DNA from: Phoronis australis
Lineage: Eukaryota > Animalia > Phoronida
Assembly: GCA_002633005.1 (NCBI GenBank)
Contig: NMRA01000298.1
Location: 411,474-475,473, forward strand
Reading direction: 5' to 3'
DNA length: 64,000 nucleotides
Below are positions 50,496 through 62,200 of this stretch, one piece after another. The position numbers were made by a program, and so were the translations under genes. The number at the start of each line of letters is the position of its first letter. Position 1 is the stretch's first letter. Below the pieces are notes generated by a model. The model ran no database searches. It was given only the letters and a program-made list of their open reading frames with translations, and was not told the DNA's origin.

Positions 50496-53342
50496 GTGAG
50501 TATTTTGTGTGGGTTTACATTGTACAAAGATAAAACCCGAGGTGGTTCATAGAGAAAAATACTTGTGTGCAGTATGATGTATTAAAAGCTTCTGATGTGA
50601 TAGTATAAAAATCTAACATATAGCATGCAAGTGAACCTATTCGACCAATCAGAATGTGCGCCAAATATAAAACTATTTGGTAACCAATGGGGAAGATTAG
50701 CTAGGGCTGGGATGATTTGTAAATATATGTCAAGAGTTAGCAATTAATAACTTTAAACTGAACATATACAGGAAATACCTAAGCTAAATACATGTCAAGA
50801 GGTAACAATTAATAACTTGAACTAAACATGTACAGGAAGTACCTAAGTTAAATAAACCAGCCACAAACACATTCCAATATTTTGTCCTTTTGGCAGTCAT
50901 ATCTTAAGTCAACGAAAGAAGGTGTTTAATTATAAGATGCCTCAGATTAATTCGAATGGAGAAACAGTTTCAGACAAATCTTGTCTCTGTACGGCGGAGC
51001 ATAAGTGCCAACTGAAAATGAAGAATCGTCGATTATCTCGTTATAACGACTTGACTATACCAATAAAACGACTTAGCTTCCTATCTGTTTGTACAGACCT
51101 GAGGTTATGCAGGACCCTAGAACATTGTCCAATTTTGGCCAACTTCAGAGCATCGCACTTCAGAAATGCCTGTTCAGATTCACATGAATTTTATGACACT
51201 ATGTCTCATACACTGTTCTCCAAAACTCCAATAAGAATTGTGGAATTGGGCACACGAGGCTTACCAATTTCAATTCTAGCAAAAAAATAACGAAATCAAA
51301 TAGATGTTGGAATGCCGTGCAGTTACTGATTTATAAAAGTATGAAATACTAAAACTAGTAAAACTTAACGTCGAGCGTCGGTACTAAAATATATTAAAAT
51401 TTCCCCCACGTTTCGAGCGATGCACTCTTTGTGTATAGCACACCCTTGACAAACAGCTCATTGCTCGAAACGTGGAGGATATTTTAACATATTTTAGTAC
51501 TGACGCACTATTCAAAAATAACGCACTGAAGTTGTTTTGGAAAAACAAAAATGCCAGTGAAGAAATTTGATATGTCAAGCCAAAACGCAGTTGACAGTGG
51601 ATTTTAGCCTCGTCTGTTAAAAGTATCACACCATGCACGAATAGGTCATTGATCTCTGTGAGAATTTACCCGAATACTATAAAAGATAATCTAAATTAAG
51701 TGGCAATTTATTTTTCTGAAAACAGAGCGTCAGTAGAATTTGAATTTTTACTGTATTCCAATCAACCATCAATTTGGTAAGGTGGCCCTTGACATCTAGT
51801 AAAACTTAACCAAAACGAAAGATGCATTCACGCCAAAATAACAAAGTCATTAACGTGACCAAATTTCGTTTGATATATATTCACAAGATACAAACTATAA
51901 AGTGTTTCTACAGATTCTAGATTATCGTTTTTTGTTCTGTCAATTATTCTTTTTTTAAAAATTAAAAAGTCCTACATTTGATAGTCCCTCTTGCAGAAGT
52001 GAATGGTTTTAAAACTGACGTTTCCTTATAGCATATTGAAGAACACATCTCAAAGCATTATATCTGAAAGTTTATTTAGGATCTGTTCAATAATTTCTGA
52101 GATAACCGTAACAGGCCCGGTGAGCGTATAAAAAGGAACATTCCGCTAACATGCTAGAGATGTAATCTTGGGAAAAGTAAGCATGATTGAATCCTTTAAG
52201 TTTCCCCAATTTTCATATGAATTGGCATCAAAATCGTAACTAAAATACTCTTTAACAATTACATGTAACTCCTGCATCTATCTGTGATAACAATCCTACA
52301 TCGACAATGTTGTGAATTGACTCTTGTCTCGTTTTGCGTGCCAGCTAGAAGTTGAATACACCAGAGATTATTTGTCACTTCCAAATATACGACGTGGCGG
52401 ATAGATTTCACGTTTTGGTCTTTAAACTTGCATTCTCTGAATATGCTTGTAACGAGGCTGGATATAAACCAAACTACCGGTAGCTTTATCAAATAATTTA
52501 TTTCGCAGATTTCAATCTCAGTCAATGTGAGTTAGATGATCCTCGGCTACCTTCAAATTAATGATTCTTAACTAACATGGCGAACAGTGGCTCCATTATA
52601 CATGTAAAACCTTTCCCATACATTGCAGAAACAATAATGCCGTCAAAATCAGGTCAGGCTCAATACCTCTGTTGAAGTGAACACAGAACCGGTTTCAACT
52701 AGTTACCCACACATCTACTATTTGAAATTACCATCCAAAACAACGCCCCAACAAACCAGCAGTTACCAATAGTCTATCGGTGACACTTCCAGACACTCAA
52801 GCCAGAGGATTTTTGCCCTGTAGATTGCGCATTTTAGGAACAATTTCTTATAAGTTAGTTTCCTGTAGCTAGCTATCATTGAGAGCTGTTTAACCTGAAG
52901 CGGATATGACGCGTTTTCATCCATTTTCAATTGTACTAGTTTACCATTTTATAAAAGAAAATGACGGGAATTTTCGCATGATGTGGTTATACACTTTCGA
53001 ATGACTTGTAACATTTTTTCTCAGACTTACCGTTTTTTGAGTTATCTTACTTTCAATTTCACAAAAAAATCCAAAATTTGAAAGTTTTCGAAAACTTTAC
53101 GGAACTGTGTGAAACTACACTGTTAGATAGAATTTGGAAGGGGCTTTCAGCGAATATATTCGATTTTCCTCTAGAACGTCTACTTTTAAAACTAATTGAA
53201 ATTTTCTGATAACGCTGTTCCTTTGTTGATTGATCTCGCTGCACTTTTGTTGGCTTACTTTAAATTGAACAAGACTAGCCTATTTGTTACTCATTTCTGA
53301 GATCTTCGTTACATCAAGTTCTTCTTCGCCGCCGTCACCACC

Positions 53343-53375
<33 letters not shown>

Positions 53376-54959
53376 CTCATTGAGGTCTTTTCATTTAATT
53401 TTGCCAGGTGTCGCTCCTCCTAGCGCTTTCATTGTTTTTCCTTGATCACTTTGACTATATTTCAGGCATAAAAGATTCAAAGCTGTTAACATCAGACCAT
53501 TTAGCGGTACTTTCGCTGTGGTTGCCAGGTAAAGACTTCAAGCTTCTATACAGGGCAACGAAACATGGCATGTATGGGCCAAATTTCCACGATAAATGTG
53601 ATGGTAAAGGTGCCACCATCACTATCGGGAAAGATTCCGTTAGTGGCACCACGTTCGGCGGTTATGCCTCAGTCTCTTGGGACTTATCTGGTGGTTACAA
53701 GACCGACAGCAACGCATTCCTGTTTCGACTGTGTGGACAAGAATGCACCTCAGACAAGTTTAGCCAGTACCAGAACCAACACAAAGCTGTGTACAATTAC
53801 CGATACACTGGTCCAACCTTTGGCGGAGGTCATGACTTGTGTTTCTACTTCACTGCTGAATACTTGTTCGACAGCTCTAAAGGGTACTTCTCATCTAGCG
53901 GCTACTGCGCAACCACTCGAGTCACCTACGACGTATCACTCGGCTGTGGAACAAACGTCAAATGGACCGACGTTGAGGTGTGGAGTGTTGTTGGTAAGAA
54001 TTTACTTTTTTGATCTCGTTTCAAAAATTGACTCCTGCAAATTGTAATTATGGACTTTGTAGCTGAATATTTAGTTGATAGAAAATCTTCCCATTTTAAT
54101 TAGTTGCTCATATCAATTGTAACAAACACACTATATCAAAATAATACTTTTTTAAAATAAAACTGCATTAAATAAGTCTATTAATAATAGTACCTTTTAG
54201 TTTAAATTTTCATTTGTTTGGTGTTCATACAGAAAACCACTGTGCAGGTGTAAAATTAAACTGTTGAAGTCCTTAAACTGAATTAAGTGGAGAAAACTGG
54301 TTCTGAAATTGAGGGACCCCTGTAACTGACAGTTACCTTACAATAGTAGACGAGCTATGAAAGCGTTCGTGGCTTCGTGTAATATTTCAAAATTATCTTT
54401 CAAGTTAGGTAATTTAATGTTAGAAAACTGATCTGAAGGTATTCCTTATTCAACATAAATGTGATCTCTGGGCACACAAGGTCGTATATGTCTTCAGACC
54501 AAGCACATGATATTTCAGATCTCTGTGTCACCGGAAATGACGGTTATTTTGACTAAGGGACAGTTTAACATCAATTTCATCATGTTAATCATTCCAAATC
54601 AAAACTCGTTGTCTTAAAAGCATGAGGTTTAAGTATTCACAGAAACGTTTAGCTACGATTAAAAACTAGCATTATAGTTTCATTTCCGGGGATGACGCAC
54701 GCATACGTTAGCTATGGACCATAAGTATGTTACTAGTCCAACATCAGTGATGTTTCGGTTAAAGCTAAAAACTTTGCGACATGGAAATAAGTTCAACAAA
54801 GACATGTCTTATAATAGATTATAAAAGAGAAACGGTTACTAATTCCAATTGAGCATTAACTTCGATAAGATATGTATTGCATGAAGTGACTGTTTGTATT
54901 CGTACAACTATACAGGTGATGTTATAATGTTCTATCTGACTGTTTCAGATGGGTCCTGA
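50180..54959 (+). CDS. Predicted secreted protein: signal peptide + PAN/Apple-like domain + TLDc domain (exons 50180-50495, 53466-53993, 54949-54959)
   Basis: Exon 1 MSLFNNMAIFLFAVLSVNPTEG + CAAEC-x5-C-x10-C...GWTYY, donor a|gtgagt (phase 1). TLDc exon tttcag|..FKLLYRATKHG..FHDKCDGKGATITI..FGGYASVSW..DSNAFLFRL..GPTFGGGHDL..VEVWSV g|gtaaga (phase 1). Last exon tttcag|atgggtcctga gives DGS*. Joining the exons into one gene is inferred from phase and strand. Confidence 0.72.
50720..50853. repeat. Two-copy ~65-bp tandem duplication in intron
   Basis: taaata(t/c)atgtcaagag...caggaa(a/g)tacctaag twice. Confidence 0.8.
51375..51506. repeat. 48-bp inverted repeat with 36-nt spacer (Penelope-terminus-like)
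   Basis: Arms 51375-51422 and 51459-51506, 5 differences in 48; contains CTTGACAA..agc-tcatt-gct.GAAACGT. Confidence 0.85.
53328..53380. repeat. Compound (CAC)n(CAT)n microsatellite
   Basis: gccgccgtcaccaccaccacc...catcatcatcatcctca. Confidence 0.9.
53466..53993 (+). CDS. Exon: TLDc domain
   Basis: LLYRATKHG, FHDKCDGKG, FGGY, AFLF, GPTFGGG.DL, EVWSV motifs. Confidence 0.92.
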
Positions 54960-55436
54960 TATGCAGGCAAGCCGAGGTGCACTACGTAAACCGACCTAGT
55001 CGTTTTCATCTGTTGATTTTCCACGGAAAAATGTGAACTGTGCCGAATGGTCTCATATAAAAGAAGACTTCTTCGTGCAAATGAAGTAGGGATTCAATTT
55101 TCATGTATATTATTCAACGTGATGAGTGTCAATAATTCTACTCCAGATTTCTAAAGGAGCGCACCACTAAGAGAGCTCATCGTGGAATTATTGTATTTAT
55201 TTTTGTTATTGAATATATCTCTCGAATCTGACCTGCTCAGTCAATAATCGCTTTGCAGCAAAGCCCTCCAAGACAAGTGGGTAATCACCTACAAATCGTT
55301 GATAAAAACAGTAAGTAATACGCATGTGCGTCGGAACCAGTCTGGCAGGTCCTGGCGGGGGCCTCTGAGTACACATTTCCATAATGTACGTCAAAAAGCA
55401 TCCTGATGCCTCTAGAATGCACCAAATGAGACTTGG

Positions 55437-55541
55437 TGAGAGAGAGGCTGACGGAGAGGGGGAGGGAGGGGGAAGGGGAAGCGTAGGGCGAGGACAGCGG
55501 AGAGAGAGGGAGAGAGGGAGGAGAGACAGTGAGAGCGGGGA
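55437..55541. repeat. Purine-rich GA tract with G-quadruplex consensus at 55458-55478
   Basis: GGGGG-A-GGG-A-GGGGG-AA-GGGG. Confidence 0.7.
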
Positions 55542-56272
55542 GTTACTCAAGGTAAAGGCCGATTCATTGAGAGCCACCGTTCAACACGTACACAAACCTT
55601 ACAGAGAGTGGCATAAATGAAATGATATCCCACGAGACTTTATTCAACGTATCCACCGAGGCAGAAATTTATTCATGCCACAAGCTTCGAATTCCCAGTT
55701 TCTTTTATTTTTCGGCATATTTTAAATACTTCACCCACAAGTGGTTGATCACAAACTATAATGTATGTACTTGCGCGTTGTTTTACAAGTTTACTCTAGT
55801 TAAAGAAAGCAGTGTTGTTTTTTTACTTGAGAAGAGATAAGAAAGATGAAAACAACGGTAACTGTGCATTAAACTTGTAACATTTTCTGAAAATACTTAA
55901 ATAACAACAATATTTAACTTTGTACTTACCAAGGAAACAGCGTCCGAGTTTTCGAGATATAACATTTAGCAAATAAAACTGAGATAGAAGTGTTATTTAA
56001 TTAAAAGTTTTGCTTTGCGATGTTTTACGGCATTAATACCACCATCACATTAATACTTGTTTCCTAGTTGTCGTTGGGCACCCCTCTATGTAACACATTT
56101 TATTCTCAAGGTTTTGGTTGGTACATGTTGTTGAGGTATACGAACGGCTGTGGTCTGCTCTTTAAAAGTTTGTGTCTGCTGATCTCACCTGGTTGAAAAT
56201 TGTTATGTTTTGCGTGCTTCGATGCCTTGTCATTTTTTGTCTCATGTCTTGGTGTTGTCTTCGTCAAAACCN

Positions 56273-59200
56273 CCGCGTATCAGGGTAGCGGCAGTTGATA
56301 TGTGAAAGAAAATCAACTGACTCAACCAAGAGCTGATAGCGCCAGGTTATACCCTGTAATGATCACAATACTACGGCCCAGTTGACACAGTCAGCTCTAA
56401 AAAAAAACTGAATAGAGTGCCCCAGTCTTGCTACTAGGCTCTGGACCGCCTGCATGTAAGGGGGCAGTACTGGTCGCGTCATGAGCAAACTCAAGGAAGC
56501 AACAGTTGTGGATCATTCACTTACTCGTCTGAGACCCTCATTAAATGTATCCTCAAGGTTTCGGTCAAGCCATTGCAGGAAAGGGCGGAAGCATGTCTTG
56601 ACCTCGCCACTGGTGGTGAGCTGCTTCTCGCGGTCAACAACCCACTTTCTGATGACGCAGTCGACATACCTAACATGGAAAAAAAGAACAGAGGGGCATT
56701 GCGTCTTCAAGAATAACAACACAACACAGTAAGCGCTAATATTAACGCCCACGTGTTCAAGCCTTCTGTACGGGATCACACATCTCTTGTGCAGTTGTTC
56801 TTGAAATACACTTGGACAAACTTCTACGGAAATTTGCAAAACTGCCAAAGACGGATAGACTTTTTGCCAGTATTATTTGACAGTTAAGTTGAATTTATGC
56901 CGTAATAAAATTACAGCGTGTCTCTTGAACTTTGGTTGGTGTTAAACGTCATGTTAGCTACTGGTGATTCAATTCTGAAATGACTTGCGCAACATGGTTT
57001 CACTACGTTCGTACATGGAAGGCCACCTGAGGAGATTTTATTGAGATTCAGCCAGTCTGAAAATTGAAATAGAATCCATTAAAAATGGATACTACAGTCT
57101 CGGTTTGGAGCACCAAAAGTCCTTCGAATTCCGTCGTTGTTGAGAACTACTGTCTTTGCACAAGCGTTATACTCCAAATTTTGCCAGTGTTTAGTACTAC
57201 CCGTTTTTAATATTTCTTCATTCATTACTTCAGGATAAATTGCAAACACGTCAACATCTACAGTTTTGAATTAATCACGCTTTACTGACGCTAAATTTTA
57301 AATGGGTGTTATATCAGTTTTGCGCGACTGTTTCGAATAGAGCTACACATACAGACGGGTTTTCTCATGCCTGCCGTATTAGCATTAGGTGTTCATTGTC
57401 TAACATAGAACAACAACTTTCGCCTTACCCTAGTTATCGGATATGTGTCAGTGTGTGGACACTCCACTTAACGGTGGGGTAAGTTGCACTGCTGCAAGTT
57501 GTTCTAGGGTAGGCTGTTTATGGACAGGACTGTATGTGTAGTAAATCAAAAGCATGTTTTGACAAAAGGCCGGTTTATAGCACATTTAATTAATTGCACA
57601 GTGTAATAATTAAATTACCAAGTCTAGCACTCGATTTGGTGACCAGCAGGTCGCCAATGTGACTTCAGCTTGTTTGGCGACCAGGGAAAAATTCCAAGTC
57701 GCCATGAAGTCACTATTGTGAGTTTCAAAGTCCGCCAATAATTCCCTCTACATGTGTTTCAAAGTTTGTGCTGACTTCCAAATTTCAAATTACTAACACT
57801 TTTCCTAGAATCATTGCCCTCGATTCGAAATTGTTCCATTTACTTCGTGGGAATCAGCGCATTTGACACCGTGCCTACATGTTCATTACAAAGGGAAGTA
57901 AACGGACAAAAATCGGGCAAGATTAGTGAAATTCGCGACACCATCAGAAACTTCCGAATTAGTTTTGGTGACCCCAGATTTTGTTTGTCCGCTCGGGATT
58001 TTCGCCAGGTCGCCCAATGCGACTTGGCGTTTAGTTTATCGTCACGAGCTGCCGTGTAATAGCTTATTACACAACGAAGCACAATCTGTATATGCATGAG
58101 CCTTCAACGGAATTCTCTTACTTCATCGGAAATTGTTCTTCACCTTTATCAAAACTGTATTGAGGGCTGATTGGATAGTACTGAGGCAAAAAACTTTTGC
58201 TGAATTCACTAAAGGTGAATTTATTCATAACAAAATACCTGTGTAAAACACCAGGAAGTGCTGGATCCTGACAAAAACAGAGGTGAAACAACTGAACTTT
58301 GAAAAACAGCAACATTTTACAAAAATCTCTGCATGAACCACTTAAGAACAGAAAAGGTGAGCCATGACAATATACATGTAATAACGATGATAATGCAGTA
58401 CGTATTGCAAAGATCTCTCCAGGGAGAGAATTTTATGATGTTAGTGAAAACATACGGCAGGCTACCATCTTGAGATTAGCAGAAATTGCGAAACACTAAA
58501 ATGTAAGAAAAATCTGTCACGTACAAAAAGCAATTCGACTGTTTCCCTATGGTGGCGGCTAATTATGCTTATAGTAGAAGTGACTGGCAGTGACTCACCA
58601 CTTGGTGTTCACAATGCCAGAAATGTAGAACTAACACACCTTTGGATTGACAGGTGTCAGAGTCACATCCATCTGTACTTCTTTGATATCGTATGGCCAG
58701 TCAAGGTCATTTTGAATTGACCGTCGCTAAGTTCACTGAACTGTGAGAACCGTTTTTTAAGTCATCGATTTCTGGTCTTCATCAGAAAAATTCTCATGCT
58801 GAATGAAAATTGACACAAATTCCCAGTTAAAGCTCATAAATCTCCCGATCACTTATTATTTGGACAAAAATAAAATGAGTACACCAAATAATAAGTAATT
58901 TTGAAATATAGGAGAGCAAATCTGATAGATTTAGTCACTTTGAAAGCTTAAGAAAGTTGTTGTTAAGAAAGTCAAACATTTTTACTCAAATATCAGGGCG
59001 GTAAAGGCGATACAGTGTGAACCGGCAACAGCTGGATATAACGTGCTAGCATTTTGAGAACTAGTTTCATACGCATGCGCGCTCCCAGCCTAAACTATAG
59101 AGGGGGCTCGAATCTTTGGGAATACGACCCTTTTACTGAAAGAAATCGACGAGGACTAAAAAACAAGGCGACTAGGTTCAGGCCTGCGAATTGTGCATCC

Positions 59201-62200
59201 GCTCCGATTTCCTGTGGATTTTGTGGACTTTCGTATCGTTTACTTGGACTTTTGGTTTCACTGAAGCGGACCTTTTTGCCCAAATCGCCAAATTGGAGGT
59301 CTCGTTCGCGTCCCCCGCCCCCCGGGTGCGCCCATTCATACGCGTAATCCAGTGGAGAAAACTGTTTTCAGAATGCACGCACGTTATATCTTATTGCTAC
59401 CGTGCAAACTTGCTTTATGGCCAAACTAACTTTTGATTTAGACCAGAACTGGTCTCACAATGTCCCTTCTGGACTTTGAAAGAGCCAAAAGTTTGTTACT
59501 GCTTGAAACGAGGTCCGTTGTGTTGGCAGCACCAAGCATATATATTTTCATCACGATGTCCACAAGCACTGACAGTTACATGTAGTTCTTTCCTAGCCAT
59601 CTTCAACCAAAATTTTGAGTGACGGCTTAACTGACCAATCAAAACGCAGCATTCTTGATACACCTTCGATTCCATGCTGCCATTTTAACCGACAAGCAAC
59701 CCGTTGCCGGGTAGAACAAGGGGGCGGAGCTTGCGATAGGTCAGTTACTCGTCAGAGTAAGGAATAATTTAAGAACAGTTTTAGAAGTAAATTCTGTACT
59801 TTAATCTAAAAATAAACCAGACAAAACCGAAATCTGACAAAGAATCGGTGCATGAAACTGCAACTTAAATCCTTTTTTAGTCTCAGTTTCAAATATGGCT
59901 AAATTTTGACAAGCGCTGCTCCGAGCAGTTTGTCAAAATCGCCACAATTTACGGCTAAATCCCATTCACAAGTAAACATTGGCTATACAGGCAGAATTAT
60001 GCCGTAACTGGGACTAGATTTTGACAAAAATGTGAAATTCTTACGAAAAATTTTGATCAATTCGTGAAATTAAGCCAGGTGGCGGGACGTTTTTGTCAAG
60101 GTGTTGTGGAGTCCGACAAAGCTCTGTCAATATTGGGTGTTATGCCTGGAAGCGGTGAAAATCAAAATTTGGAATCTTTGACAAAAGGCAAATTCATTGC
60201 AGCTGACAATTCAATAACACATGTGTGCTGCATATAATCTGAGTGTGAGCTTTTAATGAGAAGAAATTACCAAGACTGACAAAAGTTTTGCCCATCACAA
60301 ACGCATAGTATTTTGAAATTTTCTTTATGAAAGTTTGTAAATAGCATATTTGAATAGTTTGTGAAAAGTTAATGTGATAAGGCTTTTGAATTTGTAAAAG
60401 TCGACAAAAAATGTGACTTTTACATGCTAAAATGAGTGTTTAAAGTTGCAAAGTCCACTCATTAATTCTGCTGGCTGTGCAACACAACTGGGCAATCATC
60501 TCACAACAAGGCTCTGAGTAGTTAGATTATGAAGTAAGCCATATTCTATGTGGCTGGACGTTTTGTCAAGGTGTTGTTAAGTCCGACAAAGTTTCGTCAA
60601 TTAAAAGTTATGTCTGGAAGTGGTGTAAATCAAAAGTGTGAATCTTTGACAAAAGGCAGATTAATTGCAGCTGGCAATTCAATAACACAAGTGTGCTGCA
60701 CATGATCTGAGTGTGAGTTTTTAATGAGAAGAAATTACCAAGACTGACAAAAGTTTTGCCCATCACAAACGCATAGTATTTTGAAATTTTCTTTATGAAA
60801 GTTTGTAAATAGCATATTTGAATAGTTTGTGAAAAGCGAACGTGATAAGGTTTTTGAATTTCTAGAATTCGACAAGAAACGTGACTTTTACAAGCTACAA
60901 CGAGTGTTTAAAGTTGCAAAGTCTACTCATTAATTCTGCCGGCTCTGCAACACAACTGGGCAATCATCTCACAACAAGGCACTGAGTAGTTGGATTATGA
61001 AGTAAGCCATATTCTATGGTTCAAACAAAGGCCTTGAGGAAATTGCTAATTTGTAGCCAGAGGAGGAAAGAAACATTTCCTACATTGTACGCTGAAGGGT
61101 CAACATTAAATCGATCATATTCTGTCAACAGCCAAGTCAAGACACGCCTATGATTAGTTAAATATACTACTTACTCTAGTAATATCAACGGCATAGTTAT
61201 AAGTTTGCGTCATGGTAATTGTCGAAATAGCGTCTCATACCCTAATGAAAAGTTTACACTTTTGAAAAGTGTCCTCCTTTTGACATTACAAAGCTTTTAC
61301 ATTAAAGGTAAAACCGGCCCCCATGGAAAACAACGAGAACTGCTGGGGCTCATTGTAATAAATAAATAAAAGACCCAGTCATATCGTGTTTATGAATAAA
61401 CCATCTAACTTCGCGGAGTATCAAATGTAGTGCTTTCCAGCACTTTCTGGGCTTAACTCTTATTGTGAATTGTAGTCTTAGTAAAGATCAGCAAACAGCT
61501 ATGTTAGCTTAATGTGCTTCATGTTATCAATTCCTAGTTAAACCGTACTTGGAATTCTTCGCCAATGCGTATCGTCTGTTGAAACAGTAGAAAGTGTTCT
61601 TGACATCGTAATTCACTTCAGTTTGCATATTAATAGAAACATTTCGCTCATCAACGAGGGGTTTGTTCTGAGAGGAAGAAACTCTTCTGACAGCAAATGC
61701 GTTCGTAATTAAGAAAGATGTTGTAAAGTCTAATGCCGTGGCACTCAATAGATATTGTCGCACCACCAACGCGTGTCATAACTCCTTTTACTGAGGGCGT
61801 GGCTGATTTTCCCCAGACGAGCCTTATGAGGAAAATGCTCAGAAAGAACGAACTCAACCGCAAACTATTTTCTCGCAAAACACAAGAAATATCTAGAACT
61901 ACGTGTTGTCAAAGCCATCAAAGGCATTTTAATGTGTCCTCATTGTACGTTTGTGGTGCTCAAATACATGTACGTAATTAACAGGTTGGCTGAAAACGCT
62001 GTTATTTGATCTAAAGGAAGTACCACGCTTTATCAATGTTTGACTCGAGTTCATGTTCTTGGCAGTGGGAGGCGCACGACATATACATGTAGTAGTGCAA
62101 AAAACAAACGGCATGCGGGGGGCAGTGTAGTGAAACTACTACATATAGGGGGACGACTCAATGATTTTTCAAGAACTTTGAATGTTACTCCATTATCATC

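Noticed and set aside
52629-52652. Possible 24-bp phase 1-1 micro-exon (ttgcag|..tcag|gtcagg) or Thr/Pro-rich linker exon of the Apple-TLDc gene
   Set aside because: Weak donor, longer readings hit stops, and it is not needed to keep frame; needs RNA evidence
55206-55620. Low-complexity ORFs on both strands
   Set aside because: Translations of the GA-rich tract
59380-60017. Helitron-like 3' end (GGCA..TGCC hairpin then CTAG) of the copy-2-specific sequence
   Set aside because: Stem only 4 bp, CTAG followed by A rather than T, and no clear 5' TC boundary
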